A stretch of 64,000 nt of DNA, from NCBI GenBank assembly GCA_041686735.1, contig JAWLDF010000002.1:642-64641 (forward strand), read 5' to 3'. The notes below the pieces were generated by a model. The model had not been told where the DNA came from and searched no databases. It saw only the letters and a program-made list of their open reading frames with translations. The position numbers and the translations under genes were made by a program. Numbering within the stretch: position 1 is the first letter of the stretch; each line of letters begins with the position of its first letter. This DNA comes from Bacilli bacterium (GTDB lineage Bacteria; Bacillota; Bacilli; JACDOE01). Below are positions 39,885-51,177 of this stretch, piece after piece.

Positions 39885-41237
39885 TCAACGTCTTGCATCC
39901 AGTTCCTCTACATGACGTTCAATCGATCCTAAAACCTGATCAATTTGCTCGTAACTAATCACTGCCGGAGGCTCGATACGAATCACTGTGGCATTATTCA
40001 GCGTCCCGCCAACCAGAATATTGTCCGTAAATAAACTTTTCGCCAGATCGTAGCCCAGTTCGTTCGTTGCAAACTCCATTCCAATCAACAGCCCCACACC
40101 GCGCACATCCACCATGATCTCTGAGAAACGCCCCTGAATCTCCCTTAATTTCGCGAGAATGTACTCTCCCTTTTCCCTGACCTGACCGGGAATATCTTCC
40201 TCAATAATCGTTTTAATCCCTGCGATTGCTGCTGCACAGGCGAGCGGATTTCCCCCGAACGTTGATGAACCGAGGATAAACGGATTTTCTTCCATCTTGC
40301 TCCACCATTTATGGCGGGCGACCATGGCAGCAACGGGCATGACACCACCGCCGAAGGCTTTACCAAGTGTCATGATATCAGGTGTCACGCCGAAAAGATC
40401 GACACCGAACAATTCTCCCGTGCGTCCCATGCCGGTCTGAACCTCATCGACGATCAATAAACATTCATGTCGATCACAAATCTCCCTCAAGCGCGGGAAA
40501 TAATGGGACGGAGGAACATTGACTCCCCCTTCACCCTGGATCGGTTCCACAATCACACCTGCGACCGTTTCACCCACGTTTTTCAAATGTGTAATCGCTT
40601 TTTCCACTGCGTCGGCATCACCGTAGGCTACATGCTGAAAGCCGGGAACAAGGGGAAGATACGGTTCGCGAAACAATCCTTTACCCGAAGCGGACAATGA
40701 ACCCATTGTTTTTCCATGGAATCCCTTCTCTGTTGAAATAAACCACTTTTTCCCTGTGGCCAGGCGGGCAAGCTTCAATGCCATTTCGTTGGCTTCCGTT
40801 CCGCAGTTGACCAGATAGGTATGCTGCAGATCGCCCGGTGTGATGTAAGCCACCAGTTTCGACAGATACCCTCTCAGCGGATCGACAAGCTCCTGACTGT
40901 GAAGGGCGTAACGCTTCAACTGGGCTTCCACCGCCTTCACCACTTTCGGATGACGATGCCCGAGCAGATAAACGCCGTATCCCCCGAGACAATCGATAAA
41001 CTCCTGTCCTTTCGTATCCCGAAACACCGCTCCCTCATCTTCCCACTCCACAAAAGAAAAATCCGTGGAAACCGACTTACGGTGTTCCAAAATTGCCCGG
41101 GTAACGTAGTTGGAAAAATTATCGATTGATTCATCCACCACTTTTTGTTGTTGCTCGGGTGTCAGTGTATCACTCTCAATCAACGTCAAAATGTCGGCGG
41201 CCGCCTGCAATACTTCTTCCCTGCTTTTACGCATCAT
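39885..41237 (-). CDS. Class-III PLP aminotransferase, putrescine aminotransferase (PatA/YgjG)-like
   Basis: 450 aa. Long stretches align with recalled E. coli YgjG: QEFIDCLGGYGV, LHSQELLDPLR, EPIQGEGGV, DEVQTGMGRTG, TFGGNPLACAAA, AGTLNNA..IRIEPP. Confidence 0.75.
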   Translation of the reverse strand: MMRKSREEVLQAAADILTLIESDTLTPEQQQKVVDESIDNFSNYVTRAILEHRKSVSTDFSFVEWEDEGAVFRDTKGQEFIDCLGGYGVYLLGHRHPKVVKAVEAQLKRYALHSQELVDPLRGYLSKLVAYITPGDLQHTYLVNCGTEANEMALKLARLATGKKWFISTEKGFHGKTMGSLSASGKGLFREPYLPLVPGFQHVAYGDADAVEKAITHLKNVGETVAGVIVEPIQGEGGVNVPPSHYFPRLREICDRHECLLIVDEVQTGMGRTGELFGVDLFGVTPDIMTLGKAFGGGVMPVAAMVARHKWWSKMEENPFILGSSTFGGNPLACAAAIAGIKTIIEEDIPGQVREKGEYILAKLREIQGRFSEIMVDVRGVGLLIGMEFATNELGYDLAKSLFTDNILVGGTLNNATVIRIEPPAVISYEQIDQVLGSIERHVEELDARR

Positions 41238-41303
41238 TTCATTCCCTTCTTATATGGATTTTGTCATTCTTAACGAATCCCTATCCCTTGCCCCAAGTGC
41301 AGA

Positions 41304-42716
41304 TCACAATGAATGGATCGCTTCTTTCAGCGTTTTCACAATAAACAAAAAGTCTTCATCGGTAATTGACAGGGGCGGTGATAATGCGATGATATTATTG
41401 AATCCGGAAACCGTATCTCCGTTTCTCCCCACAATTAACCCCCTTTTCTTACATTCGCCGATTACCTGTGCCACTTTTGCCGGTGAGGCCGGTTCCTTGC
41501 TTTCCTTATCTTCCACCAGTTCAATACCGAGCAGTAATCCTTTGCCCCGGATATCTCCTACATTGGGATGATCACGCAGATCATCACATGCCTGAAGCAA
41601 TTGCGATCCCAGTTCGGCCGATCGTTCCGGCAGCCGCTCTTCTTCCATTAGTTGCAGATTCCTTGCAGCTAGGGCACTGGCACTGGCATTTCCGCCGAAT
41701 GTGTTGACATGCCGGAAAAAATCGTTTTCTTCCTGCCCGGTAAAGGCTTCAAATAATTCACTTCTGACGGCGGTGGCAGAAAGGGGCAGGTAACCACTTG
41801 TAATTCCCTTCGCCATCGTTACGATATCCGGTTTTACTTCTTCATGTTGAAAACCGAACCGTTTGCCGGTACGGCCAAACCCACAAATAACTTCATCAAC
41901 AATCAGCAGGACTCCGTGTTTCCGGCAAATATCCTGCACCTTTTTCAAATATCCTTCGGGCGGAACAATCACACCGCCTCCGGTTATGATCGGCTCCATG
42001 ATCACTGCCGCTACCGTTTCCGGCTTTTCCCAGGTGATGGTTTGATCAAAAACTTGAGCGCATTCCATTCCGCATGTCTCTCTGGATTTACCGAAGGGAC
42101 AGCGGTAACAGTCAGGAGGAGGTACATGTAAAAATCCCGGGGCCAGCGGTTCATACAAATATTTGCGTTGCGCCTGACCGGTTGCGGCCATCGAACCCAT
42201 TGAATTTCCGTGATAGGCCCGATAACGGGAGATAAACTTGAACCTTCCGCTTTCACCGTTTTGCGCGTGGTACTGCCGTGCAATTTTAAAAGCAGTTTCG
42301 TTCGCTTCCGATCCACTGTTGGAAAAGAAGATTTTATACTCATCCCTTCGGGGATTGCCCTGTGAATCCCCGTCTTCCCTCAGCAACCACCGGTTTAATT
42401 TTTCCGCCAGTTGAACCGCCGGAATATTGGCCTGGGTCATGGGATAATAAGGCATCGTCTGCAACTGTTCATAGGCGGCATCGGCCAGTTCCTGCCGGCC
42501 ATAGCCGCTGTTGACACACCACAAACCGGACATCCCGTCGAGATAGCGGTTTCCTGCGATATCCTCGATCCATGCCCCCTTCGCCTTGGCTACGACCATC
42601 GGGTCAGCATCTTTTTTATATGGGGACATGTGGTGCCACACATAACGGCGGTCCTTTTCAATTACTTCCTTGCCCTCATTTGCAACTTGCTGCTGATTAA
42701 CTTGTTGATCCGGCAT
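41304..42716 (-). CDS. Class-III omega-amino acid:pyruvate aminotransferase (beta-alanine/taurine-pyruvate transaminase-like)
   Basis: 470 aa. DEVICGFGRTG, TMAKGITSGYLPL and the N-terminal YVWHH pattern are typical of omega-AA:pyruvate aminotransferases. Confidence 0.7.
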   Translation of the reverse strand: MPDQQVNQQQVANEGKEVIEKDRRYVWHHMSPYKKDADPMVVAKAKGAWIEDIAGNRYLDGMSGLWCVNSGYGRQELADAAYEQLQTMPYYPMTQANIPAVQLAEKLNRWLLREDGDSQGNPRRDEYKIFFSNSGSEANETAFKIARQYHAQNGESGRFKFISRYRAYHGNSMGSMAATGQAQRKYLYEPLAPGFLHVPPPDCYRCPFGKSRETCGMECAQVFDQTITWEKPETVAAVIMEPIITGGGVIVPPEGYLKKVQDICRKHGVLLIVDEVICGFGRTGKRFGFQHEEVKPDIVTMAKGITSGYLPLSATAVRSELFEAFTGQEENDFFRHVNTFGGNASASALAARNLQLMEEERLPERSAELGSQLLQACDDLRDHPNVGDIRGKGLLLGIELVEDKESKEPASPAKVAQVIGECKKRGLIVGRNGDTVSGFNNIIALSPPLSITDEDFLFIVKTLKEAIHSL

Positions 42717-42797
42717 AACATCATTCCTCCCCGCATGTAATGAAATGAATTTTTAACCCATTTCCGCTATACTTACACAGGACATACGAAACAACCA

Positions 42798-43910
42798 TCA
42801 GGATGTGACAACACGGCCCGTGGGCATATCAAATGCTTCCGCCACTGCCGGATGGATCACCTGTCCGTCCATCACATTAATCCCTTTAAACAGCATTCTG
42901 TTCTCCGTTGTCGCTCGCTCTACCCCTTTACCCGCAAGTTCCATGATATAAGGAAGGGTGACATTGGTCAGTGCCAGTGTCGATGTGCGTGAAACCGCTC
43001 CGGGCATATTGGCCACCCCATAATGAACGATCCCGTGTTTGACATAGGTCGGTTGATCGTGGGTGGTCACCCGGTCGATGGTTTCGATACATCCTCCCTG
43101 ATCCACCGCCACGTCAACGATCACACTTCCGTTCTTCATCTGTCTGACCATCTCTTCCGATACAAGCCTGGGTGCACGGGCACCGGGCAATAACACCGCT
43201 CCGATCAGCAAATCCGCATCGGTGGTTGCCTCGGCGATATTATAAGAATTTGACATCAACACATTGACGCGACCCTGAAAAAGATCATCCAGTTCCCGCA
43301 GACGGCGGGGATTATTATCGAGAATCGTCACCCTCGCCCGCAGACCGGCTGCCATCTTTGCCGCATTGGTACCCACGATCCCTCCTCCGAGGATGACAAC
43401 ATGTCCCGGTTCCACCCCGGGAACACCTCCCAGCAGCACTCCACACCCTCCCTGAGCTTTTTCAAGGAAATGGGCGCCGATTTGTACCGACATCCGTCCA
43501 GCGACCTCACTCATAGGCGTAAGCAAAGGGAGAGAACCGTCATCATGTTGAATTGTTTCATATGCCAGGGCCGTTACCCCTTTTTTCAAAAGATGATGGA
43601 TCAGGTCCCCCGCAGCAGCCAGGTGAAGATAAGTAAACAGAATCAATTCTGGCCGGAAATAATCATACTCTTCGGGGAGCGGTTCCTTTACCTTTACCAC
43701 CATGTCCGCATTGTTCCAAACAGAAACGGCCTCCGCAACGATTTCCCCTCCTGCGCGGCTAAAATCTTCATTCGAGAACCCGCTGCCGTTTCCCGCATCC
43801 GTCTCAATCAGTACGCGATGCCCTGCATTAACCAGTGCTTCAACTCCTGCAGGAGTTAGAGCTACCCTGTTTTCGTTATTTTTTATTTCTCTGGGAACTC
43901 CGATGATCAT
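42798..43910 (-). CDS. ald: Alanine dehydrogenase
   Basis: 370 aa. [21 protein letters not shown]-terminus and [16 protein letters not shown] fold. Confidence 0.85.
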   Translation of the reverse strand: MIIGVPREIKNNENRVALTPAGVEALVNAGHRVLIETDAGNGSGFSNEDFSRAGGEIVAEAVSVWNNADMVVKVKEPLPEEYDYFRPELILFTYLHLAAAGDLIHHLLKKGVTALAYETIQHDDGSLPLLTPMSEVAGRMSVQIGAHFLEKAQGGCGVLLGGVPGVEPGHVVILGGGIVGTNAAKMAAGLRARVTILDNNPRRLRELDDLFQGRVNVLMSNSYNIAEATTDADLLIGAVLLPGARAPRLVSEEMVRQMKNGSVIVDVAVDQGGCIETIDRVTTHDQPTYVKHGIVHYGVANMPGAVSRTSTLALTNVTLPYIMELAGKGVERATTENRMLFKGINVMDGQVIHPAVAEAFDMPTGRVVTS

Positions 43911-43933
43911 AAATATTTCCCCCTCCCGTGCAC

Positions 43934-45376
43934 TTAAAAACGAGATGTAATCATCTTTTTCTTCGTGTAAAATTCAACCCCGTCTTTTCCATTGGCATGC
44001 AAGTCCCCGTAAAATGAATTTTTCCATCCTGAGAATGGGAAAAATGCCATCGGCGCTGGAACTCCCACGTTGACTCCGAGCATGCCGGCTTCTACTTCCT
44101 CCCGGAACTGACGTACTGCCTTCGCATCGTTTGTGTAAATCACCGCCGAGTTTCCAAAACGGGAACGATTGGTCTGGGCAATCGCATCATCAAGATCCTT
44201 CGCCCGCAGGACACTTAAAACCGGAGCAAAAATTTCCTCCCGTGCGATCGTCATATCCGGGGTGACATGATCAAAAATGGTGGCACCGAGAAAGTATCCT
44301 TTTTCCATGCGTTCCGCTTCATCTCTTCCGTCACGGACGAGTTGGGCCCCTTCCTTTTGACCCGCGTCGATATAGTTGAGCACCTTCTGTCTGTGACTGT
44401 CGCGAATTAGCGGACCCAGAAACACACCTTTCTCAAGGCCGTTCCCCATTTTAATTTCATCCGCTTTTTTACGTAACGCTTCCACAAGGCGGTCACCGAT
44501 CTCTCCTACGGCCACTACAGCACTGCACGCCATACAGCGTTCGCCCGCGCTGCCAAAGGAGGACATGATGATGTTTTGAACGGTCGTGTCTAGATCGCAA
44601 TCGGGCATGACGATATGATGGTTTTTCGCTCCTGCCAGAGCCTGTACCCGTTTGCCGTGATGGGCCGCCGTCCGATATACATATTCGGCGACCGGTTGCG
44701 AGCCGACGAAGGAAATCGCCTTAACATCCTGGTTCTCCAGTAATTCATTCACCACATCATGGGCGCCGTGAACAATATGAAACACCCCGTCCGGCAGCCC
44801 CGCTTCCTTCAATAGTTCTGCCAGCCTGTTAGCCAGAATCGGCGTCCGTTCGGAAGGTTTTAACACGAACGTATTCCCGCAGGCGATAGCAAGAGGAAAC
44901 ATCCAGCAAGGAACCATCATTGGAAAATTAAAGGGAGTGATCCCACCGACCACGCCGAGCGGGTATCGAAACATTTGAGAATCCATATCGGTGGCAATGG
45001 TAGAAAGGACGGTACCCATCATATGACTGGGGGCACCCGCCGCAAATTCCACACATTCGATCCCGCGCAATACCTCTCCGTATGCCTCTTCGTAACTTTT
45101 GCCGTTTTCTTCCGTTACCATCCGTGCCAGTTCTTCCTGGTTTTCAATCAATAACTGCTGATACTTAAACATAATGCGCGCTCTTTTCGGGACCGGTGTC
45201 TTACTCCACGTTTTGTAAGCATCTGCCGCAGCTGAAACGGCCTGCTTCACATCCTCTTTTGTGGAGATCGGTACACGGGCAAGAATCTCCCCCGTTGCCG
45301 GATTGGGAACCTCATCATATTTTTCCGTAGAGGATTCAACCCATTGACCGTTGATAAAATTACGTAATTTCTCCAT
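43934..45376 (-). CDS. mmsA: CoA-acylating methylmalonate/malonate-semialdehyde dehydrogenase
   Basis: GGGGAGG RBS before [33 protein letters not shown] and catalytic Cys region match the IolA/MmsA family. Confidence 0.85.
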   Translation of the reverse strand: MEKLRNFINGQWVESSTEKYDEVPNPATGEILARVPISTKEDVKQAVSAAADAYKTWSKTPVPKRARIMFKYQQLLIENQEELARMVTEENGKSYEEAYGEVLRGIECVEFAAGAPSHMMGTVLSTIATDMDSQMFRYPLGVVGGITPFNFPMMVPCWMFPLAIACGNTFVLKPSERTPILANRLAELLKEAGLPDGVFHIVHGAHDVVNELLENQDVKAISFVGSQPVAEYVYRTAAHHGKRVQALAGAKNHHIVMPDCDLDTTVQNIIMSSFGSAGERCMACSAVVAVGEIGDRLVEALRKKADEIKMGNGLEKGVFLGPLIRDSHRQKVLNYIDAGQKEGAQLVRDGRDEAERMEKGYFLGATIFDHVTPDMTIAREEIFAPVLSVLRAKDLDDAIAQTNRSRFGNSAVIYTNDAKAVRQFREEVEAGMLGVNVGVPAPMAFFPFSGWKNSFYGDLHANGKDGVEFYTKKKMITSRF

Positions 45377-45471
45377 GACCTTATTGCCTCCCCTTGAATA
45401 TGGATTGTTTATCATTCCATAGAAGTGTAAAATTATTTTAAGTATATTAATAATTTAAACAACTTAAATTA

Positions 45472-45508
45472 GACACTATGTCAAATAACTGAACGGATTG
45501 TCTAGACA
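45472..45508. promoter_or_regulatory. Twin palindromes GACACTATGTC (45472-45482) and TGTCTAGACA (45499-45508) sharing TGTC/GACA half-sites, in the divergent mmsA/PucR-regulator intergenic region
   Basis: Two dyads ~26 bp centre-to-centre, 35-70 bp upstream of the PucR-family regulator start. Candidate operator/activator sites. Confidence 0.35.
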
Positions 45509-45542
45509 TTAAGTGTATGTTGCAGATAAGAGGAGGATTCCC

Positions 45543-47240
45543 ATGATACAAAATGATCGGGATCGTGATTATTCCCTGACCGTAAGAGAAGCCCTGACAC
45601 GCCCCCTATTTAAAGACGCCCGGGTCATTGCCGGGAAAAAAGGACTGGGGCGCCGCATCCGCTGGGTTCACATTCTCGAAATTTCCCGGTTTGATTCATT
45701 GATTCACGGAGAAGAGATGATCCTGTCGACCGGAGTCGGGATCCGTCATCGACCGGACAATGAGGGCGCAGATCAGGATGAAATTCATTATGTAAAAAAA
45801 TTGATCGGTCATGGCGCCTCCTGTCTTTGTCTGGAACTGGGAACTTACATTCACAGTGTTCCTCAGGAGATGATCCGTCTGGCGGATCGTCACGATTTTC
45901 CGCTGATTATTTTTGACCGGACGGTTCGCTTTGTGGACATCACACAGGACCTCCATTCCCTCATCATCAATCATCACCATCAAATGTTGCAAAATCTGGA
46001 GCAACTTTCCCATGAGCTCCATCAACTGACCCTCGGGTCCCACAGTATAAACAATATTTTGAAAAGGCTTCACGAACGAACGTCCGCACGAGTGCTTTAT
46101 CACTCGCGAGAAGGACATTTTACATTTGTTCCGGCAATGAATTTGCACCGGACTATGGTTCAAAATTGGTGCAGACAAATCGAACTGCAGGGGACGGAAT
46201 CCATTTCCGCAGATATGGAGAAAACGGGACAAATGAAGCAATGGCGTTCGGGCTCCCACACTTTTCTTTTACAGCCCATTTACGCAATGGGACAAACCTG
46301 GGGAGAACTGGTGTTTATCCTAGAAAACCGGCAGCCGCAGGAGTTCGATATGCTCGCTCTCGACCGTGCTTCAACCGCGATTGCCCAGGACATCATGCGA
46401 AAAATGTATATCGAAGAGAGGAGACGTTATACGGAGAACCGCTGGGTAGATGAATTAATTCTCGGACAAGAAAAAAATGAGCATCAAATCCGGAGCATGA
46501 TTAAATCCCGTTTGCCGAAAACCGGCGAAATCCGTTATCGCATCTGTCTGATGGAATGGTGTACGGGGGGTGCCGAGCAGGATGAACCGATGCGGATGCA
46601 TACGTTATTACACGTGCGAAACGCCTTTGAACAAAACGGTTTTCAGCCGTTTATGACCTTCAGGGATAACCTGTTTGTCATCCTTGCCGCGGACAGCGAT
46701 CCTTCCCGTTCTCACCGCGATCGATTAATAAGAACGCTGGATCGCATCAGACATCAATTGGAGGGGGAATACGAAGAAGGTCCCGAAATCCGGCTGGTGT
46801 GCGGCCGCTGTTATCAACAGTTGACTAACGCCCGTCAATGTTATGAAGAGGCTAGACAAGTGTTGAAAATCAGCCGTCAACTACAACAGTCGAAGACTTC
46901 GGAACCCGATCATATGTTTTATGAAGATATCGGCGTATATCGCTTGCTTTTACACATGAAAGAAGATCAGACGATTCAATCTTTCATCGAAGACTATCTC
47001 GGCCCCCTCATTCGGTATGACCGTAACAAAGGGGGGCAATTGCTCGAAACATTAAGGGTTTACCTTGAAAATGACGGATCCAAGAAACAGGCCGCGGAAA
47101 AATTGTTTGTGGTAAGGCAAACCCTTTATCATCGTTTGCAAAAAATCGAAGAACTTCTCGGAACCGATTTTATGAATGCGGATAAAAGACTGGCTGTTGA
47201 AATCGCCCTGAGAGCTTATCCTCTTTTTTACCGCAATTAA
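45543..47240 (+). CDS. PucR-family transcriptional regulator (N-terminal PucR ligand-binding domain, C-terminal HTH)
   Basis: AGAGGAGGA RBS before MIQNDRD... Purine-catabolism-regulator-like N-domain and C-terminal AAEKLFVVRQTLYHRLQKIEELLG helix-turn-helix. Confidence 0.75.
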   Translation: MIQNDRDRDYSLTVREALTRPLFKDARVIAGKKGLGRRIRWVHILEISRFDSLIHGEEMILSTGVGIRHRPDNEGADQDEIHYVKKLIGHGASCLCLELGTYIHSVPQEMIRLADRHDFPLIIFDRTVRFVDITQDLHSLIINHHHQMLQNLEQLSHELHQLTLGSHSINNILKRLHERTSARVLYHSREGHFTFVPAMNLHRTMVQNWCRQIELQGTESISADMEKTGQMKQWRSGSHTFLLQPIYAMGQTWGELVFILENRQPQEFDMLALDRASTAIAQDIMRKMYIEERRRYTENRWVDELILGQEKNEHQIRSMIKSRLPKTGEIRYRICLMEWCTGGAEQDEPMRMHTLLHVRNAFEQNGFQPFMTFRDNLFVILAADSDPSRSHRDRLIRTLDRIRHQLEGEYEEGPEIRLVCGRCYQQLTNARQCYEEARQVLKISRQLQQSKTSEPDHMFYEDIGVYRLLLHMKEDQTIQSFIEDYLGPLIRYDRNKGGQLLETLRVYLENDGSKKQAAEKLFVVRQTLYHRLQKIEELLGTDFMNADKRLAVEIALRAYPLFYRN

Positions 47241-47248
47241 CTAAATTA

Positions 47249-48769
47249 TCACGAGTTGTTGGATAAATTAAGGGCCAACCGGGTCAGCGTCCGCACCATT
47301 ACCCCGGTACCGCCTCTCGGAGACAGGTCGCTGTTTTCTTCCGCCCAGGCAGTTCCGGCAATATCGAGATGAACCCAGGGAGTATCCTCGGCAAACTCAC
47401 CCAGGAACATCCCGGCGGTGATACTGCCCGCATTACGCCCGCCTGCGTTGCGCAAATCGGCAACGCGACCTTTATATTGCTTCTTGTAAACATCAAACGT
47501 CGGCAATCGCCACATTAATTCTCCCGCATCGGCAGCGGCTTCCAGCACCTGTTCCACCCATTCTTCATTATTGGTCATGGCTGCCGTAGTGTGTGTGCCC
47601 AGCGCAACCAGGACGGCTCCGGTAAGCGTTGCCAGATCGACCATGGCTTCCACACCCTGACGGCGGGCATAGGTAATGGCGTCGGCCAGAATCAAACGGC
47701 CTTCGGCATCTGTTGTTACAATCTCAATCGTTTTTCCGCTCATGGAAGTAATCACATCACCCGGACGATATGCCTTTCCGGAGGGCATGTTTTCTGCCAT
47801 CGGTAAAACAACCAGGATATTGACTTCCGGTTTGAGGAGGCCGATGGTTTCCAGCGCTCCGATGACAGCCGCCGCTCCCCCCATATCGGATACCATTTCC
47901 TCCATGTTCTGCACCGGTTTGAGAGAAATTCCCCCGGTGTCAAACGTAATTCCTTTCCCGATCAATCCGAGAACATTGTCCCACTTCTCACGACCCTGAT
48001 ATTTCACGATTACCATCCGCGGAGGCTGCTCACTTCCCTGCGCCACGGCAAGAAGTGCACCCATGTTCATTTTTTTCATTTCTTTTTCGTCGAGGACTTC
48101 CACTTCCATTCCGTGGCGTCTCGCTACATCAACCGCACGTTCTGCGAGAACGGCCGGCGGAAGCAAATTCCCCGGGGTATTGACTAAATCACGGGCAAGA
48201 TTGGTTCCGCGTGCGTAAGCTGCTCCCTGTACAATCCCCTTTTCAGCGTCATTCTGATGATCCCGGGGTGCCCAAAGCACCAGTTCCTTAATTTGAGGAT
48301 TCTCTTCACTATTCTGTTTATAATCGGAAAAACGGTACTGTGCAAGAAAAGCTCCCTCAGTCATGGCATGTGCCATCCGTTCGGCGGACAATTTTTCTCC
48401 TGCTTCCGGCCAAAGGGAAAGCACGAAACGTTCCAACCCGTTTTTGTTATGTTTCAGAACTTCTTTTACGGCCCGTCCCGCTGCTGCCCGAACATTTTCA
48501 AAGGTAATGTTCTCCCGCTTTCCAAGTCCGACGAGTAAAATCGTCCGGGGACCCTTTTCGTTCAGGGTATGTATATAGGTCGTTTCAAGCTCCTTTCCCT
48601 TGATCTTTCCGTTGTCCCACTGGCTTTCCAGATATTTTTTCAACGGATCCCCAAACCGGGCAAAAATGTCAAACGACTGCTCTTTTTCTTCTACAATCCC
48701 GACTGCAATACAATCCGCATCCACTTGAGCTATACTTTTGTATGTAATACCCGTTTTCAAAATAAGCAC
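47249..48769 (-). CDS. pepA: Leucyl aminopeptidase, M17 family
   Basis: 506 aa. NTDAEGRL-type motif (VTTDAEGRLILADAITYA) and the M17 catalytic-domain pattern. Positional homologue of B. subtilis yuiE. Confidence 0.85.
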   Translation of the reverse strand: MLILKTGITYKSIAQVDADCIAVGIVEEKEQSFDIFARFGDPLKKYLESQWDNGKIKGKELETTYIHTLNEKGPRTILLVGLGKRENITFENVRAAAGRAVKEVLKHNKNGLERFVLSLWPEAGEKLSAERMAHAMTEGAFLAQYRFSDYKQNSEENPQIKELVLWAPRDHQNDAEKGIVQGAAYARGTNLARDLVNTPGNLLPPAVLAERAVDVARRHGMEVEVLDEKEMKKMNMGALLAVAQGSEQPPRMVIVKYQGREKWDNVLGLIGKGITFDTGGISLKPVQNMEEMVSDMGGAAAVIGALETIGLLKPEVNILVVLPMAENMPSGKAYRPGDVITSMSGKTIEIVTTDAEGRLILADAITYARRQGVEAMVDLATLTGAVLVALGTHTTAAMTNNEEWVEQVLEAAADAGELMWRLPTFDVYKKQYKGRVADLRNAGGRNAGSITAGMFLGEFAEDTPWVHLDIAGTAWAEENSDLSPRGGTGVMVRTLTRLALNLSNNS

Positions 48770-48929
48770 CTCCTTAAATGATTCCTGCTATATCATAACA
48801 ATATTCCTCTGCGATGAAAAGATCACGACTCGTTTGCACAAAATAAGTAAGAAGGGCTGATTTTGCATTGTGTTTTTTGTTACAATGTGGGTATAACATG
48901 GGGACGCTTATTGAGAAAGGAAGGAACAC

Positions 48930-49400
48930 ATGCTCGAAATTTTTCATAATTCACCCTTAATTGCAGCACTGCTTGGTGTCATTATCGCTCAGGTCATTAA
49001 AATTCCCATTGACTTTGCAACATCGCGCGAATGGAAATGGAACCTCATGTTTAGTACCGGAGGAATGCCCAGCTCCCATTCGGCTGCTGTAACAGCACTG
49101 GCGACATCCATCGGGATTGAGGAAGGTTTTCACTCCACTTTTTTTGCCATTAGTACCGTTATGGCTGTTATAGTGATGTACGATGCAGCCGGAGTCCGTA
49201 GACATGCAGGAAAACATGCCGCTGTACTGAATCAGTTGCTGGAAGACTTTCAACATATCATCGCTGAAGTGAAATCGTTGCGTGTCAAGGCAAATAAAGA
49301 AAAACGGGAAAAACTAAAGGAATTACTGGGACACAAGCCAATGGAAGTTTTTATGGGAGGACTCCTCGGAATCGTTATTGCTGTGATGATGTATACATGA
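48930..49400 (+). CDS. yuiD: Divergent PAP2-family membrane protein (YuiD-like)
   Basis: 156 aa. GMPSSHSA motif of the YuiD/acid-phosphatase-vanadium-haloperoxidase-related family. Confidence 0.75.
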   Translation: MLEIFHNSPLIAALLGVIIAQVIKIPIDFATSREWKWNLMFSTGGMPSSHSAAVTALATSIGIEEGFHSTFFAISTVMAVIVMYDAAGVRRHAGKHAAVLNQLLEDFQHIIAEVKSLRVKANKEKREKLKELLGHKPMEVFMGGLLGIVIAVMMYT

Positions 49401-50055
49401 TGCGGTTGAGATCATTCATCATTTCTTCCGTAACGCTGCCGTTTCCTTCCCTTATGATATATACATCAACCTTTTTCTTGCCCCACTGTTTATAAACATC
49501 TTCTTTTGTTTCAAAATATAAATCGATGATGTGCCCTTTGATCGCCGAGCCGGTGTCGGAAACAACTCCGTAACCGTATCCGGGAATGTAAAGAATCGTT
49601 CCCAGAGGAAAGACACTGGGGTCGGCGGCAATGGTGGAAAAATGGTCCCGTCTTACTTTTACCCCGGAATAAGTGATTCCGTAACCCGGATGGGAAGGCG
49701 TTTTTCCTGTGGATTCTACTCCGGCGTAATACCCTGTTGCGGTTACATTGATACGGGGATAACGGGATAGATTGGCGGTAGCCTCCAATAATTCGGCATC
49801 CGCCGGATTTAACCCTTTAATCATCGTTTTCTTATTTTTTTCCGGACCCCCCATAAGAGGTGACAGAGCAGGCTGAAACACCAGTCCTAACTCCGGAACC
49901 GGTTCCTTATTTGATTTATGGTTTTCATTCTTGTTTCTATTTAAGAGTTGATTGCCCTCGAGCTGGTCTGTCAAAATTAATGAGAACAGCATGGCACCCA
50001 TTGCAGCAGTTGCAATGTAAACAAGTGCCTTTGATCTTCGAATATCAACCTTCAT
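49375..50055 (-). CDS. yuiC: 3D-domain (MltA-like) cell-wall protein, YuiC-like
   Basis: 226 aa. N-terminal TM anchor. C-terminal 3D domain (TATGYYAG...[18 protein letters not shown]). Convergently overlaps yuiD by 26 bp. Confidence 0.75.
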   Translation of the reverse strand: MKVDIRRSKALVYIATAAMGAMLFSLILTDQLEGNQLLNRNKNENHKSNKEPVPELGLVFQPALSPLMGGPEKNKKTMIKGLNPADAELLEATANLSRYPRINVTATGYYAGVESTGKTPSHPGYGITYSGVKVRRDHFSTIAADPSVFPLGTILYIPGYGYGVVSDTGSAIKGHIIDLYFETKEDVYKQWGKKKVDVYIIREGNGSVTEEMMNDLNRIMYTSSQQ

Positions 50056-50111
50056 AGGTTAAGCGTACACCTCCTCCAGATTAAGGTGACCCGGAGGAGA
50101 ATTTTTTATTC

Positions 50112-50147
50112 ATAAAAAAAGTAAAGGCCGGAAACCTCGTTCCGACC
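50112..50147 (-). terminator. Rho-independent terminator after yuiB
   Basis: GGCCGGAA (50126-50133) pairs with TTCCGACC (50140-50147). On the minus strand it is followed by TTTACTTTTTTT. Confidence 0.5.
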
Positions 50148-50152
50148 TTCTA

Positions 50153-50410
50153 TTAAAACATCCGATATCCTTTTTTTCTTAATAATTGAATGGTCCATCC
50201 ACTCATCAAAACACCGACCAGACCCGATGAAAACACAATGTAGTCGATGGATTTCATTCCGATCTCAATAAAGACATATACCAGTAAAGCCAGATATATT
50301 AAAACAGGAAACCACGTGGTTTTGATCAACATGTTTAAAATAAAGCCGATTCCAAAAGCGAGAAACATAAACAGCGGGATTGATATGATCAGTTGAAAGA
50401 TATTATTCAT
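50153..50410 (-). CDS. yuiB: Small membrane protein YuiB-like
   Basis: 85 aa, 3 TM. Lies in the yuiD-yuiC-yuiB syntenic position. Confidence 0.65.
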   Translation of the reverse strand: MNNIFQLIISIPLFMFLAFGIGFILNMLIKTTWFPVLIYLALLVYVFIEIGMKSIDYIVFSSGLVGVLMSGWTIQLLRKKGYRMF

Positions 50411-50466
50411 TGTTGCAGCACCTCCGACGATCTTCGATCATAGTTTACTTGAAAGCTGTCACGGGG

Positions 50467-51165
50467 TCAATCGTTAAAGGAGGTTTCCGTATCCGGACCC
50501 GCCGGTTCAATACAACGAGGATCATCATTTTTTGCCGAATTGACAATGGCCGACACTGGATAAGCTTCCATCTCTTCCGCCGGAAAAGGGTTTAAAATAG
50601 ATTTTAAATAATCAACGTCCCTGACGGAACGATCCAGCCAGACTTTTTCCGTTTCCTCCGTTAAGATAACCGGCATGCGATGATGGATTTTATGCATCAG
50701 CTGATTGGAAGAAGTGGTAACGATTGTGCAGGAGTAAATGTCCTCTCCGTCCTGAGAGCGCCAGTGATCCCATAATCCCGCCATGGCATAAGGTTCGCCC
50801 GATTTCATACGGATCCGAACCGGTTTTTTTTGATTATTCTCCTGTTTCCATTCATAGAAACTATCTGCCACGATCAAACACCGTCGTTCTGACAGTAATC
50901 GGCGAAAAGTGGGTTTTTCATCGAGGGTTTCACTGCGGGCATTAATCATTTTGTAACCAATAACCGGGTCTTTGGCCCAGGAAGGGATTAATCCCCAGCG
51001 CAACATTCCCCCTCTGTTTTCATTCCCGTCACTCACAACGGAAAATACACTTTGAGAGGGCGCGATATTGTAGCGCGTGTAATACTCAAATTCAGGGGTA
51101 TTGGAAATGGAAAAACGCTCAATCACCTGATCCAGAGGCGTAATCAAGGTAAATCGTCCGCACAT
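50467..51165 (-). CDS. SOS-response-associated peptidase (SRAP; YedK/YoqW family abasic-site DNA-protein crosslink protein)
   Basis: 232 aa. Begins MCGRF (catalytic Cys2) and has the conserved WGLIPSW motif. Confidence 0.8.
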   Translation of the reverse strand: MCGRFTLITPLDQVIERFSISNTPEFEYYTRYNIAPSQSVFSVVSDGNENRGGMLRWGLIPSWAKDPVIGYKMINARSETLDEKPTFRRLLSERRCLIVADSFYEWKQENNQKKPVRIRMKSGEPYAMAGLWDHWRSQDGEDIYSCTIVTTSSNQLMHKIHHRMPVILTEETEKVWLDRSVRDVDYLKSILNPFPAEEMEAYPVSAIVNSAKNDDPRCIEPAGPDTETSFND

Positions 51166-51177
51166 GATAAATCACCT

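Noticed and set aside
50071-50100. CTCCTCC...GGAGGAG hairpin followed by T-run as a plus-strand terminator
   Set aside because: There is no plus-strand gene upstream to terminate. It is more likely part of the yuiC promoter/leader or an incidental structure.
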